Shown piece after piece: positions 49,283 to 59,500 of a DNA stretch of 64,000 nt; position 1 is the stretch's first letter, and each line of letters opens with the position of its first letter. A program made the position numbers and the translations under genes. The notes beneath the pieces are model-generated. The model searched no databases. It saw nothing but the letters and a program-made list of their open reading frames with translations, and was not told the origin of the DNA. This stretch comes from Mayamaea pseudoterrestris. Taxonomy: Eukaryota. The stretch lies in contig BROI01000010.1 of NCBI GenBank assembly GCA_027923505.1, positions 62,001-126,000 of the forward strand. Direction: 5' to 3'.

Positions 49283-51639
49283 TTCGCAGAGTCTAAGTAA
49301 TCGATGACTTCTTCAGCTTCGTTTTCGCCGATTTTGAGTAGGAACTTGATGTTATGATGGTTGGCTGCGTCCATGGTTTCGAGCTTGCGAACGATTTCGG
49401 CTCGCATGGGCTCCCCATCCTGAGTATGCCAAGTAAACGTTTGATTGACAAGTTCTTCAGGTGAGAATGCAGGTAGTAAATCGATTGGTCCGCGTGGATG
49501 CGCTTGAGGACGGGCTGATGGCGGCCGCTGGTAGGGACTGCTTCCGACGAATGGTTCATCTCCGAAGTAGAACTCGGGTCCGTCGTCGGCCGTTTCAGTA
49601 GGAACGGGTTCATCAGTGGGTAGCCCCTCTTCTTCGGAGCTTTGGTTGCCGAGTTGGAAGCTCTCTTGGAGTCCACCTTCGGTGTATACGAACATGTCGC
49701 CTTCGGGAGAAGCTTCGACTTGTGGTAAATCAAGACGGATGTTTGGATTAAGATCGTCTCGACGAGCCGTTACAATGCTTCGGGCGACAACTTGATGTGT
49801 TTCCTCGTCCAAGACCCAGTACGTTAGAGCATCACCGACGTTATCAGCTACCCCGACGAAACGTCCAGCGCGCTCATTGGTTTGGTTGAGCGATGTAGAG
49901 TTTGCGCTGTATCGAACGGGCTGCCACCAGTGGAAGTTGAGGTAGGCAGAGATATCGGGTACTTCGTTGTATACCTTTTGATATGGGGTCATGCCACCGA
50001 GACGTGACTGGGACATGAGGGCGAGTAGAGCTACGATGTGTAGAGTGCATAGCAGCCAGGTTGGTGCAGGCGATCCGGTCCGATCCATGTTGACATTGAC
50101 AGTGCGCTCGACATCGCCGATAACGCGTTCCGCTGGATTCTGCTGTTGGTTTTCCGGTTCGCTGACCCAGTGCTTACGGATCATAAACTGGCGTTCGATT
50201 TCTCGAATCGCTAGGCTGTTTTCTTCCTTGGCTCCGTCTGAGATTAGACCGAGTGGAGCACCGCAATCGTTGATAAACTGCATGAGCGTCGACGGAACTT
50301 GTCCCTTGTTCGCCATCGGGTAGACGCGAATCAATCGGCTCTGCATGCAAACGTAGAGTTGCGCTGCTTGGCATCCGGCATGTCCAGGAATACCATCGTT
50401 GAGTGCGGGTGTGTCGGAGAATAGTGTGTCCATTGCAACTTCTTCAGGTAGTCGACGAACATTCGCACCCGGGAAACGAGTACGCAAATGGCGTCGCTGA
50501 GGGAAACGTTGCTCGGCGCGGTAGAATTGAGTAGTGTTCTTGAGAGTCTCCTTGATACGATCGGTGGGTAGAAATCCGAAGTTGGGACGAAGCATTTGGT
50601 AATCTGGTCGCGTAGGAACCACAGTGCGTGCCGGTCGGCCGGCTAGTCCAGAATATGGATTGCCTCCAGCTTCTACAATTGCGGCATTGACCTGCAGCTC
50701 GTACGGATCGTACATTTCCCCGGCAGTGTCTTCGTATTCGAACGTTGCGTCGTTGGGGTTCTGAGCATGGCTTGATCCGGATGTCGATATGGTTCCGCGT
50801 GAGAGTAGTGAGGGTAGTGAAATGTCATCCTGTTGTGGGTTCGTGTTGTAAGAAGCGTCGTCGGGTACAATGTCGGCAATGCGCTCGGATGGACCCTCGG
50901 TTTCGACCTGCATAGGGTCCGACTCGTCGCTGAAGTGCTCCCACTCGTGGGTTTCGAGTCCATTCCATGAGACGACGTTGAGTGTTTCGACTGAAAGGTC
51001 TTCGGGATATTCGTCTTGCGCGTTTCCGTTGACTTGGGTGTTGTTGACTAGTAGTGTTGGCGCTTCGTGATCGTCCGTCGCGGCTTCAATTTCCGCTTGA
51101 ATCGAATCGTCATTAAGGTCTCCATCGTACTTTGACGGATCCCAAGGCGTGTCTGCTGTCATGACGACGTGCGGCAACGTGTCGAACTCGGCGTCGGTGA
51201 AATGATGCATCTTCAAATGGACCAAACCGTTCTGGACCGTGAATGGGATCAATGCTCCTTCGGGTGTAATCATGAGCTGCCGTCCGCCAAGTGCGCTTGC
51301 CTTGTCGAATACCTTGTTTCCGAAGTCCTCGAGCTGAACGACCGAATGAATGGTCGCGTCGGTTCCTCCGTCGGCGTACTGGTAGAAAATGCCAATGACG
51401 TACCCTTCCGTCGTCCAGATCTTGGCGGCGAATGTTCCGATGGGTAGTCCTTGCATCATGTGATTGTCAATTCCGGTAACGTCGGCAAACTGAGTCGTCG
51501 ATCGATCCAAGCAAATCATGTCCTTACCAGCGATCGAACCGTTGGCACCGCGATCCATCATGGACGGGCTTCGAGACGTAATTGCACGAGTAACATGGAA
51601 CTGTGACGCGTGTGGCCCTTGCGGGACATTCATACCCAT
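49252..51639 (-). CDS. pol: Copia-1 pol 5' half: aspartic protease and integrase
   Basis: MMDRGANG protease motif; DDE integrase segments AMDTLF, LISDGAKEE, QNPAER; GRFVGVADNVGD. Confidence 0.9.
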   Translation of the reverse strand: MGMNVPQGPHASQFHVTRAITSRSPSMMDRGANGSIAGKDMICLDRSTTQFADVTGIDNHMMQGLPIGTFAAKIWTTEGYVIGIFYQYADGGTDATIHSVVQLEDFGNKVFDKASALGGRQLMITPEGALIPFTVQNGLVHLKMHHFTDAEFDTLPHVVMTADTPWDPSKYDGDLNDDSIQAEIEAATDDHEAPTLLVNNTQVNGNAQDEYPEDLSVETLNVVSWNGLETHEWEHFSDESDPMQVETEGPSERIADIVPDDASYNTNPQQDDISLPSLLSRGTISTSGSSHAQNPNDATFEYEDTAGEMYDPYELQVNAAIVEAGGNPYSGLAGRPARTVVPTRPDYQMLRPNFGFLPTDRIKETLKNTTQFYRAEQRFPQRRHLRTRFPGANVRRLPEEVAMDTLFSDTPALNDGIPGHAGCQAAQLYVCMQSRLIRVYPMANKGQVPSTLMQFINDCGAPLGLISDGAKEENSLAIREIERQFMIRKHWVSEPENQQQNPAERVIGDVERTVNVNMDRTGSPAPTWLLCTLHIVALLALMSQSRLGGMTPYQKVYNEVPDISAYLNFHWWQPVRYSANSTSLNQTNERAGRFVGVADNVGDALTYWVLDEETHQVVARSIVTARRDDLNPNIRLDLPQVEASPEGDMFVYTEGGLQESFQLGNQSSEEEGLPTDEPVPTETADDGPEFYFGDEPFVGSSPYQRPPSARPQAHPRGPIDLLPAFSPEELVNQTFTWHTQDGEPMRAEIVRKLETMDAANHHNIKFLLKIGENEAEEVIDYLDSANCSRRTKQQR

Positions 51640-51907
51640 AAGCGCATCTGCGTGGATACGTTATGTGTAGCGACATGGTTTTGTAGAACCGCGACGTTGG
51701 CGTTCCGTTGGCACGATACATGTTGTACGCGCCGACTGTGCTTGATACACTGGTGGAGTAGATGGCTGGGCTTCCGTGAGCGAGCAGCCTGTGTTGCGAG
51801 ACTGACGCGCGCATGGCGTTCCCATGGTGGAGAAGGCTAAACCGACTGGTTGACAGCGGTGCTTTCAGCTGGTGTATTAGTATTATTCGTGTTGGCTTGG
51901 CTTGCGT

Positions 51908-53338
51908 TCAGCTGCAGGCGCGCACGTTCCGCTTCTCGGATTCGGCGAGTTTCTGCCTTGTGAGCTTCGCGCTGCTCCTCCGTCCAAGAGAACCATACAT
52001 CCGGCTCGACTCGACGGTTCGATGCTGCAGAAGAATTGGTGCACTGTCCGCGTCCACCACCTCGTCCGAAGTTACCTCCGGCCCGCCGCGTCCGCCGCGT
52101 CCAGAACCGCGACCGGTTCCGCGTCCGCTGCCATTTCCACGACCGTTTCCGCCTTGGCTGCTGCTTGGAGTGTTGCCGCTAGTCGGTGGAGTGCCTCCGG
52201 TCGGTGGAGTACTTGCTTGTTGGATGGATTGGTGGATCTTCATTTGGCGTTTGCGTGCCGCTTTGACGTCGTCGGTATCGCGAGCGAACTCGATGAGCTG
52301 CTTGTACCAGTCTTCGAAGCTTTGATCTTGACCTTGCGCGTTGAGGATACGACTCGCCGAACTGATTTCTTGGCGAAAGGCGTCGTTCCAGCGAACCGAT
52401 TCGGACAACCACTTCTTGCGCGTCGCGTCGGGGACTGTTTCGCCGGTATAATCTTCGTAATCGAGCAAGGCATTCTCCCATTGAGTGAACCACGCAGTGT
52501 ACGTGCTGCCGTGGTCGTTCGTCAGTTTCATGTCGCGAACTCTCGACTCGGCTCGCTGCGCTGCGCGCTCGGCGTTCTTGCCCGTCAAGTACATCTTGTG
52601 CATTTCCTTGAAGCACTCGTGGGCCGACCCGTCCTTGTGGCGACGAATGATCGGGATGCAGTTGGCGACTTTGCAGTATGAAGTGATGATGTCGAATGCT
52701 GTGGCTTCTTGCGCTTTGAATACCTCGAGATCTTCGGGCGAAAGCGTTGTCGGGTTGAAATCCGGATCGAAGACTCGCTCGATGCCTTGGTTCTTGGCCG
52801 TTGCGAACGTCTTGAGCCACCATTGACGGAATTTGTACTCGTCTTTGAACTCGGTGTATGCCTTGGTGTCGACTCGGACGCGAGCTTTGTACTTCTCGGC
52901 CTCGGACTTCTCTGGAACGTCCGTCGAGTTGACTCGTTGAATCCGACTCATGTCGCTTTGGAATAGGGACTCTTCGGGCGATTCAGTCGCTTTGATGAGT
53001 GCAGCGAATGTGAGCGTCGCCCATTCCTTGAGTTCGCGCTCTTCCGATGCCCATTGACGAAGGCGGGTAATGGTTCGAATAACCGTGATGTGCGTTTTGG
53101 ATTCCTTCAGTACCGACTCGATGTCCTTGATGGTCAGCATTAGGAATGGCTCCGTGAGTAGGCGTCCGTCCGGGAGGAGTGACTTGATGGCGACGATGAC
53201 TGGAAGCTTCATGAACTTGTCGTTGTTGACGGTCTTCAGCTTGTAAATGCTTTTCAATCCGACGGCGAGCGAGTTGTCTTCCGCGTCATCTTGCGTGACA
53301 TTGGGTCCGTCGGGAGGATCATCTTCGACGACGGTCAT
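51908..53338 (-). CDS. gag: Copia-1 Gag
   Basis: 476-aa ORF between the 5' LTR and the protease, with a Copia-gag-like FRQWW..FATAKNQGI segment and an RGG-rich C-terminal part. Confidence 0.8.
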   Translation of the reverse strand: MTVVEDDPPDGPNVTQDDAEDNSLAVGLKSIYKLKTVNNDKFMKLPVIVAIKSLLPDGRLLTEPFLMLTIKDIESVLKESKTHITVIRTITRLRQWASEERELKEWATLTFAALIKATESPEESLFQSDMSRIQRVNSTDVPEKSEAEKYKARVRVDTKAYTEFKDEYKFRQWWLKTFATAKNQGIERVFDPDFNPTTLSPEDLEVFKAQEATAFDIITSYCKVANCIPIIRRHKDGSAHECFKEMHKMYLTGKNAERAAQRAESRVRDMKLTNDHGSTYTAWFTQWENALLDYEDYTGETVPDATRKKWLSESVRWNDAFRQEISSASRILNAQGQDQSFEDWYKQLIEFARDTDDVKAARKRQMKIHQSIQQASTPPTGGTPPTSGNTPSSSQGGNGRGNGSGRGTGRGSGRGGRGGPEVTSDEVVDADSAPILLQHRTVESSRMYGSLGRRSSAKLTRQKLAESEKRNVRACS

Positions 53339-53587
53339 GTTGTTGATTGATTGGTACGGGATGAATATATACCGCGAGAATAATCGAGGAAGTCGATTCT
53401 ATCCGAGCGATGCTTGCAATTCGACTCGGTCTTCAATCCCTCCGTCTGCCGGACTAGTGTAGATTGAAGCCTCGGACAGGAAATGAACGAGGGATGTCCG
53501 CTGCCAATGTAGTGTGCAACGAAACGACGGGAGTGGTCGTCACCAGCGCCCGAGAGAGTTGATTGTAAAGACCAAGACTGTGTGATC

Positions 53588-53944
53588 TGACACGATGCAG
53601 TTCCAGTTCGTACGGCTGCAACGATTCCTCACCCTCTGTAGTCGGTTTCCAAGTGAGCGGGATGATCAGTCCTTTACCTTGGTTTATCCTACAGGGGTCT
53701 TATCCTACAAAACGCTAGTTGATTAAGCAGTTCTCTAGAAAGTGAGTTGATTTACGATCGGTCGAGAAAGAGCGATTGATCAGATGGCTCTTTCAAGACC
53801 ATTCACGATAGTGAATACTAATCTTGTTTAATCGTGCCTGCGGCTGGCACACATGCAATATTTCAATGACGTAGTTGTGAGTAGATGTCTTTTCTGGTAC
53901 CGCAACGGAGGTTCGAGTACTATGCTCGTGCGCCCCCGGCGACG
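53588..53944 (-). repeat. Copia-1 5' LTR (first ~44 bp missing)
   Basis: Ends ...CATCGTGTCA on the minus strand at 53588; one visible mismatch to the 3' LTR (GATAAG/GATCAG). Confidence 0.92.
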
Positions 53945-56490
53945 CTGGTCGGCGTAAGCGCTGATAGATGTCGACTTTCGATTGGCCAGATCGTAAAAGG
54001 AGTACTCGAGTGAGTGCCACAGTCTTTCATCCAGACGAGGTCCGCTGAGCTTGGTAAAACCATGTCGCGGAGTGTGTCGGCAAAGTGCTCATGCCAATGC
54101 GCGCCAGAAGTGCGCAATCCGTAAAGTGCCTTGTAGATGACCAACATGGCCTTCCAATGGTCCAAAACTCGACCGGCAACAATGTAGACCTTTTTCCTTG
54201 GTCTTGGGCTCAGGCAGGCGTACGACATCGGCAGCCAAAAACTTGAGGTCGTTCAGTTGACAAGCTAACAGTGCTATGGTTCGAATGCTTCGCATAGAGA
54301 CAACACCGGAGTAGGCGGAGTCCTTGGGCGGAGCGGTCAAATGTCCCCCGGCGACGAGTCGGGCCTTACGTCGTAGATCGTTCTTGCAGTCGAAAACAAG
54401 ATGCGCGTTGATGCGCTTCCAGTCACTTTCCATGAAGGCACCGATGCCCTTGTCGATGAAAGTGTCGTACTCGTGTAGCTGCTCCATCTCAGTCTTGACG
54501 GCGTCAGCCCACAGGGTGTTTCCATTAGCAGCGTCGAGGCGGTTCGCTTCCTTCCAGGTATTAGGAACTTGAACGCCAAACTTGAAACGTGCTTCTTGGA
54601 CACGGTTCTTCTTTGCAGCCTTGCACATGCGGTTAAACAGTTTAGTGCGTCCTGCCATGCGCCTCAAGCGCTTCCATCCATCCTTGTCCAGCATACCCTT
54701 GCGCTTGCCGTACTCGGCAACGGTAACAGGGTCGGACTTGATAATCAATGCGAGTGGCTCCCAGGTCTTCTCGCCATTTGCCCATTGGATGAGCAAGTTG
54801 TAGGATGAGCCGCGATACGTAGCGTCGGCTTGTGTCAGTGGACCTTCATGTCCGTCAATGAAATCAAATTTGTAGTACTGGTCGTCGTTGTCATCGTCCC
54901 CCAGTCGTAAAGAATCTTGCCGCTCGCACAGGTCGGCAGACTCAATCGAAACTTGATGATCTTGTGGTTGGCTTCATCGCGATCGTTCAGTTGCTCGATA
55001 ACCTTGTAACGTCGCGTGGAGCCGTCTTCCTCATCAAGAAGGACAGTGCGTCCCATCAGTTCAGCCGGAGTAAAGGACGGCATGGGTCCGTCGGGATCCA
55101 GACCGGCTAACTCGGCAGCGCTTTCCAACGTGAATGCGTCTTCATCCACGGTTCCCCCAGAATCAGGCGCTGGGGTCGGTGTAAGGTCGTGTTCAAACAC
55201 CGGACCGACTAGGTCATACTCATCATCAAACTCGTCAACAGTTTCGACTTGGACTCGTTCACGCGCGGGGCGCGCGTCGAAGACAGGTTCCGCGAACAGT
55301 GGTCGTTCGGACTCGGGTTCAGGAGCGCTTTCAGCTTCAGCGCGTAGGTTACGTCCTTCGGAGAAGGGACGAACGTTGGATCGGATGACAACCATTCCAG
55401 TCCGATCGGATCAAACTTGGTAAGTGAGGATGTCACCCTTGTTCTCTGCAATGCCGACCCAGCGTCCTGCTGCTTCCTTGGTGTGAGGAAATGTCGGCGG
55501 CTCGTCGGCTCCAGCTTCGTACAGGACTCGTTCCCAGAACTTGAACTGCAGGAACGGCAAAATGTCGGGTACTCGGTTGAAGGCGGCTTCAGTAGGGGTC
55601 TTCCAGTTGAGGGACTCGGTCGCCAGATTGTTGAATAAGGCGATTACGTACAGCGCGCATAGGAGCCAGGCTCCAGCAGGTGCGCCCATACGGTTCATGA
55701 TGTTCTGGACTGATGACTTGACTTCTTGGATGCGACGCTCGGCAGGGTTCTGGTTCTGGTATCCGGGCTCGCTCTGTTGGTCACGAATCGCGTAGAATCG
55801 CAACAAGGTTTCAACTTGCTTCCCGAGCTGCACTCGCGAGTTATCGCTAATGAGCAAGTCGGGAGCGCCAATGTCTCAAATGAAGTCTTCGAGCGCCATG
55901 GGCATGTCACTCTCCGTTCTCAGTGGGTATCCCCTCGTCAGCAGACTCTTCTTTCCGACGAACAGTTGCATCATCTTGCATCCGCCATGGCCGCGGATTC
56001 CGTCGTTAAAGGCAGCTTCCTTGGAAAACCAGGTGTCTGTCGCCGTATCGTCATGGAAACGAACCACATTGGCGGCAGGGAATCGCGACTTAAAGTGTTG
56101 GCGAAATGGGGTGTGTGCCGATGCACGGAAAAGCTGTGTCGTATTCTTAATGGTGCGCTTGACTCGTTCAAGTGGCGTGTAAAGTCAGGTTCTTGTGGCA
56201 TTATGCGTCGTGCATTGGCTTGGCGCGTCGTATCAGCCTGATTGCGATCGACATACTGCACCACACGTTCCACTGAGTTCATGTTGTTTCGGTAGGTGGC
56301 GTCGCAGAAGTCATCCATGCGGGCGTTGATGAAACCGTGGTTTTCTTCCAATTCGTTGAAGCGACGATTAAACTCAAGTTCTTCTTCGTTCCATTCATTA
56401 TCCAACTCCCCGGACAAGGTGCCACGACGAGTGTGGACGGAGACGAAGCAGTCACCAAACATCCGTACTGACCTCGGGACGACGAAGACG
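53945..56490 (-). mobile_element. pol: Copia-2: truncated CoDi-like Copia pol fragment (integrase, chromodomain-like module, N-terminal RT), frameshifted
   Basis: ATDTWFS, LISDNS, NQNPAERRIQ, GRWVGIAE, WANGEKTWEPL, RRKARLVAGGH, YKALYGLRTSGAHW; no LTRs seen. Confidence 0.88.
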
Positions 56491-56519
56491 CGACGAGAAG
56501 CATCTCAGACCAATTTACG

Positions 56520-59500
56520 AAGTCTACTGCTTCTCGGCGAAGGATTGTAAAGAAATGAAGATTCCTCGGGGGAAACAGTGGATTTCCGAGTTGAAAGTCA
56601 TCGCTTACATTGTACAGACTTGAAGTCTTTGACGACGATTATGACCGGGAAGGAAAAGGACCGAAAGAAAAACAGAAGGCGTATGCAAAGAAGAATGTGT
56701 TTGTATATTGCGGATCTTTCCACGCACTGTCGAACCCGTCTTGCATCACTCGCAGTACAGCAGTTCAAGAAGACGATGGACGGACGCGGCGTCTACCAAC
56801 GATTGCGAACGCGATACGAAGAAGGCGCTACTGCTCACATCGAGAAGGAACGGCGCGCGAACGGAACTGCAGGGAACGGGCCGACCGGAGAAGTGGTCAC
56901 GGCCGACGATCGAATTTCTCGCACTGTTCTGGCCAAGAAAGCCATCTGGCTGCTCGAAATGGACGCAGAAGCTCTGCCAGGTTTACTTCAACGACACGAC
57001 ATGCTACGCGACGCTTTCTCCGGAGCACATTCAGCGCAACTAGCATTTTGACGGAATGATTGCCATCAAGAAACACATGGGGCAACACGACTCGGAAGAC
57101 AATTTCGCGCAGTTGTACGCGCACTTAGAAGAGTGCCGCATCGAGCAGACAAGAAACACCCATCGACGACGAAGACTAAGCGCACAATCAATCAGGCGCA
57201 GTCTAGCGGGAACGAAAGGAGGCGCGGCGGCAAGGCGCGACTCCAAGCGGCTTATCGGCGGAACGACTTGCAGCGATCATGAAGAAACTCACGCGAGCGG
57301 AAGGAGAAGTCTGGCTAGATGAAGTTTGATCAGCGAAAGCAGTTGAAGGACAAGCGTGCGACGGCGCCCAAGACACCCGAAAAACGGGGATGGCGACCGC
57401 GCAACCAACGAGGCACGGCACGACGCAGACGCAGCAACGGGCGCACAAGAGCGCACGCGACGGAATTAGCGAACGATCACGCAAGCGTTCCTGGCACGAT
57501 TATATTCAGCCCCGGCAATAGTGGAATGTCAGTCCAAACGGCTGCACGATCGGTTCTGCAAGCGAACAATGCGAGTACTACAACTCAGCAAGTGACAGGA
57601 TCGTTGACGACCGATAACACCGGACGAGGTACATTCAGCTTCAACATGCATCGTCGTAGGCGCGTCAATCGCGCACACTACGAGCGGATCAACGAAGGCG
57701 CGCTCATCGACAGCGGCGCGAACGGAGGCTTATGAGGGAGAGCCCGCCGTTTCGGAAACGAACGCCGAGGTGGATGTGACTGGTATAGACGATCATATTG
57801 TCCCAGCTCAAGATTGGCACTGCAGCTGACTGGCAAAGACCCTTAGTGGCGAAACCATTCTGCTTCTGTGTCACCAGTATGCTTTAAAGCGAGACGGAAC
57901 GACGATCTCATTGCCCGAATCAATTGCGCGCAATGGGACATCGCGTCGACGATATTCCGACCATGTTTGGCGGAAACGCAACGAATTACGACGAACATTG
58001 AGGCTACGTTTTGCCATTGGCAATTCGCGATGGCCTGGTGTACTTCAGTGACGAAACCCACGTCGACGATTTGGATAAGCATCCGACCGTCATCATGACG
58101 CGGACGGCCGGGACTCGACTGTTTACGATGTCGAGCACGCGCACGACGATCGACGAACGAGACGCGCCGATTGGGATCTTCGACGAACGATTCGATGATG
58201 ACGGTATCACGCACCGCAATCGTCACACGCCGACACGCACTGGCGACGAACTTGACGACTGGATCAATCGGTGCGTGCGCCACGCTCAGTTTTCACGCGT
58301 TAATTTGCGGAAGCTAAGAAGCAAGGAACCGGACTATAATGCTCTTCGGCCGTACCTCGGATGGGTCCCGACTGAGCGCGTTCAACAGACTTTACGTCAC
58401 ACGGAAGCATGGTATCATCTCAGCGCACACCCGCGATTACCATTTCGACACCTCACAAAATCGAGATTTCCGGCCGCGAACGTTCAGCGGTTGCGCGAAC
58501 TTTTCGCCACAGACACGATACACTCTGACACGCCAGCCTTAGATGATGGAATTCTGGGGCATGGGGGAGCTACTAAGATGCAGCTCTTTGTTGGACAAGA
58601 AAGTTTTTACACGCGCGGCTACCTGATGAAATCGGAAAGCGAAATGTCAAACGCGTTAGAGGATTTTATCCGCGAAGTGGGCGCTCCTAACGGACTGCTC
58701 AGCGACAACGCCAAGTCAAAGACTGGCAAAGCAGTGAGGGATCTCTGTCGGATGTACAATATTCCTCAAGTGACCATGGAACCGAGTCACCCAGAACAAA
58801 ATCCATGCGAACGTCACACGTCGCACATTAAGCCAATGATGGAGAACCTCCAACGAGATTCGGGTCCGCCAGGCCATTGCTGGGTTTTTGCTGATTAAAT
58901 TCTTAATCAGGATAGTGAACGTCCTCGCGACGGAATCGCTGGGATGGCGCGCGCCAACGGAAGTTGCGTTCGGAAATCTGCCGGATATTTCGCCTTGTTA
59001 CATTTCAAGTGGTGGGAACCGGTCACGTTTGAGGCGCAGGGAGCTCTCGGCGGTACGATCTGGCAACGGCCGATTCGTGGGCATCGCAGAGAATAGCGGT
59101 CCGCACATGACTTTTCTCGTTCTGACGGACGACACGCTTCAGGCGATTCCGCGCTCCAACGTGGTCTCGCGCAGCTACTTGTTACCACGAGAGTTGCCTT
59201 CCTTCCCTGAGTCTGGAGGGGAGATTTCTGAAGAAGCTACACGCGCAAGCGAGCGAAATTTTGAAACTCCAGATCTCGCGACAGGACGCTACCATAGCAC
59301 GCATGTGACAGAAAGTAGTCACGACAACTACGAAGGAAACGACGACGAAACAATTCTCGATGGCGAACCACGCCAACGTACCAGCGAAGTTCTTCAGAAG
59401 GGCTGAGCAAGAATCAGGAATAAATGCCCTCTGTTCTCTCCAAGCGAACTCATCGGACGCACGTTCGTAAGGGAACACGAAAACGGTCAGAAAATGCGAG

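Larger units (their letters stand above)
46911..53944 (-). mobile_element. Copia-1: Ty1/Copia (CoDi-like) LTR retrotransposon, near full length, outer ends of both LTRs clipped
   Basis: Two near-identical LTRs; PPT at 47288-47298; domain order gag-PR-INT-RT-RNH. Confidence 0.93.
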
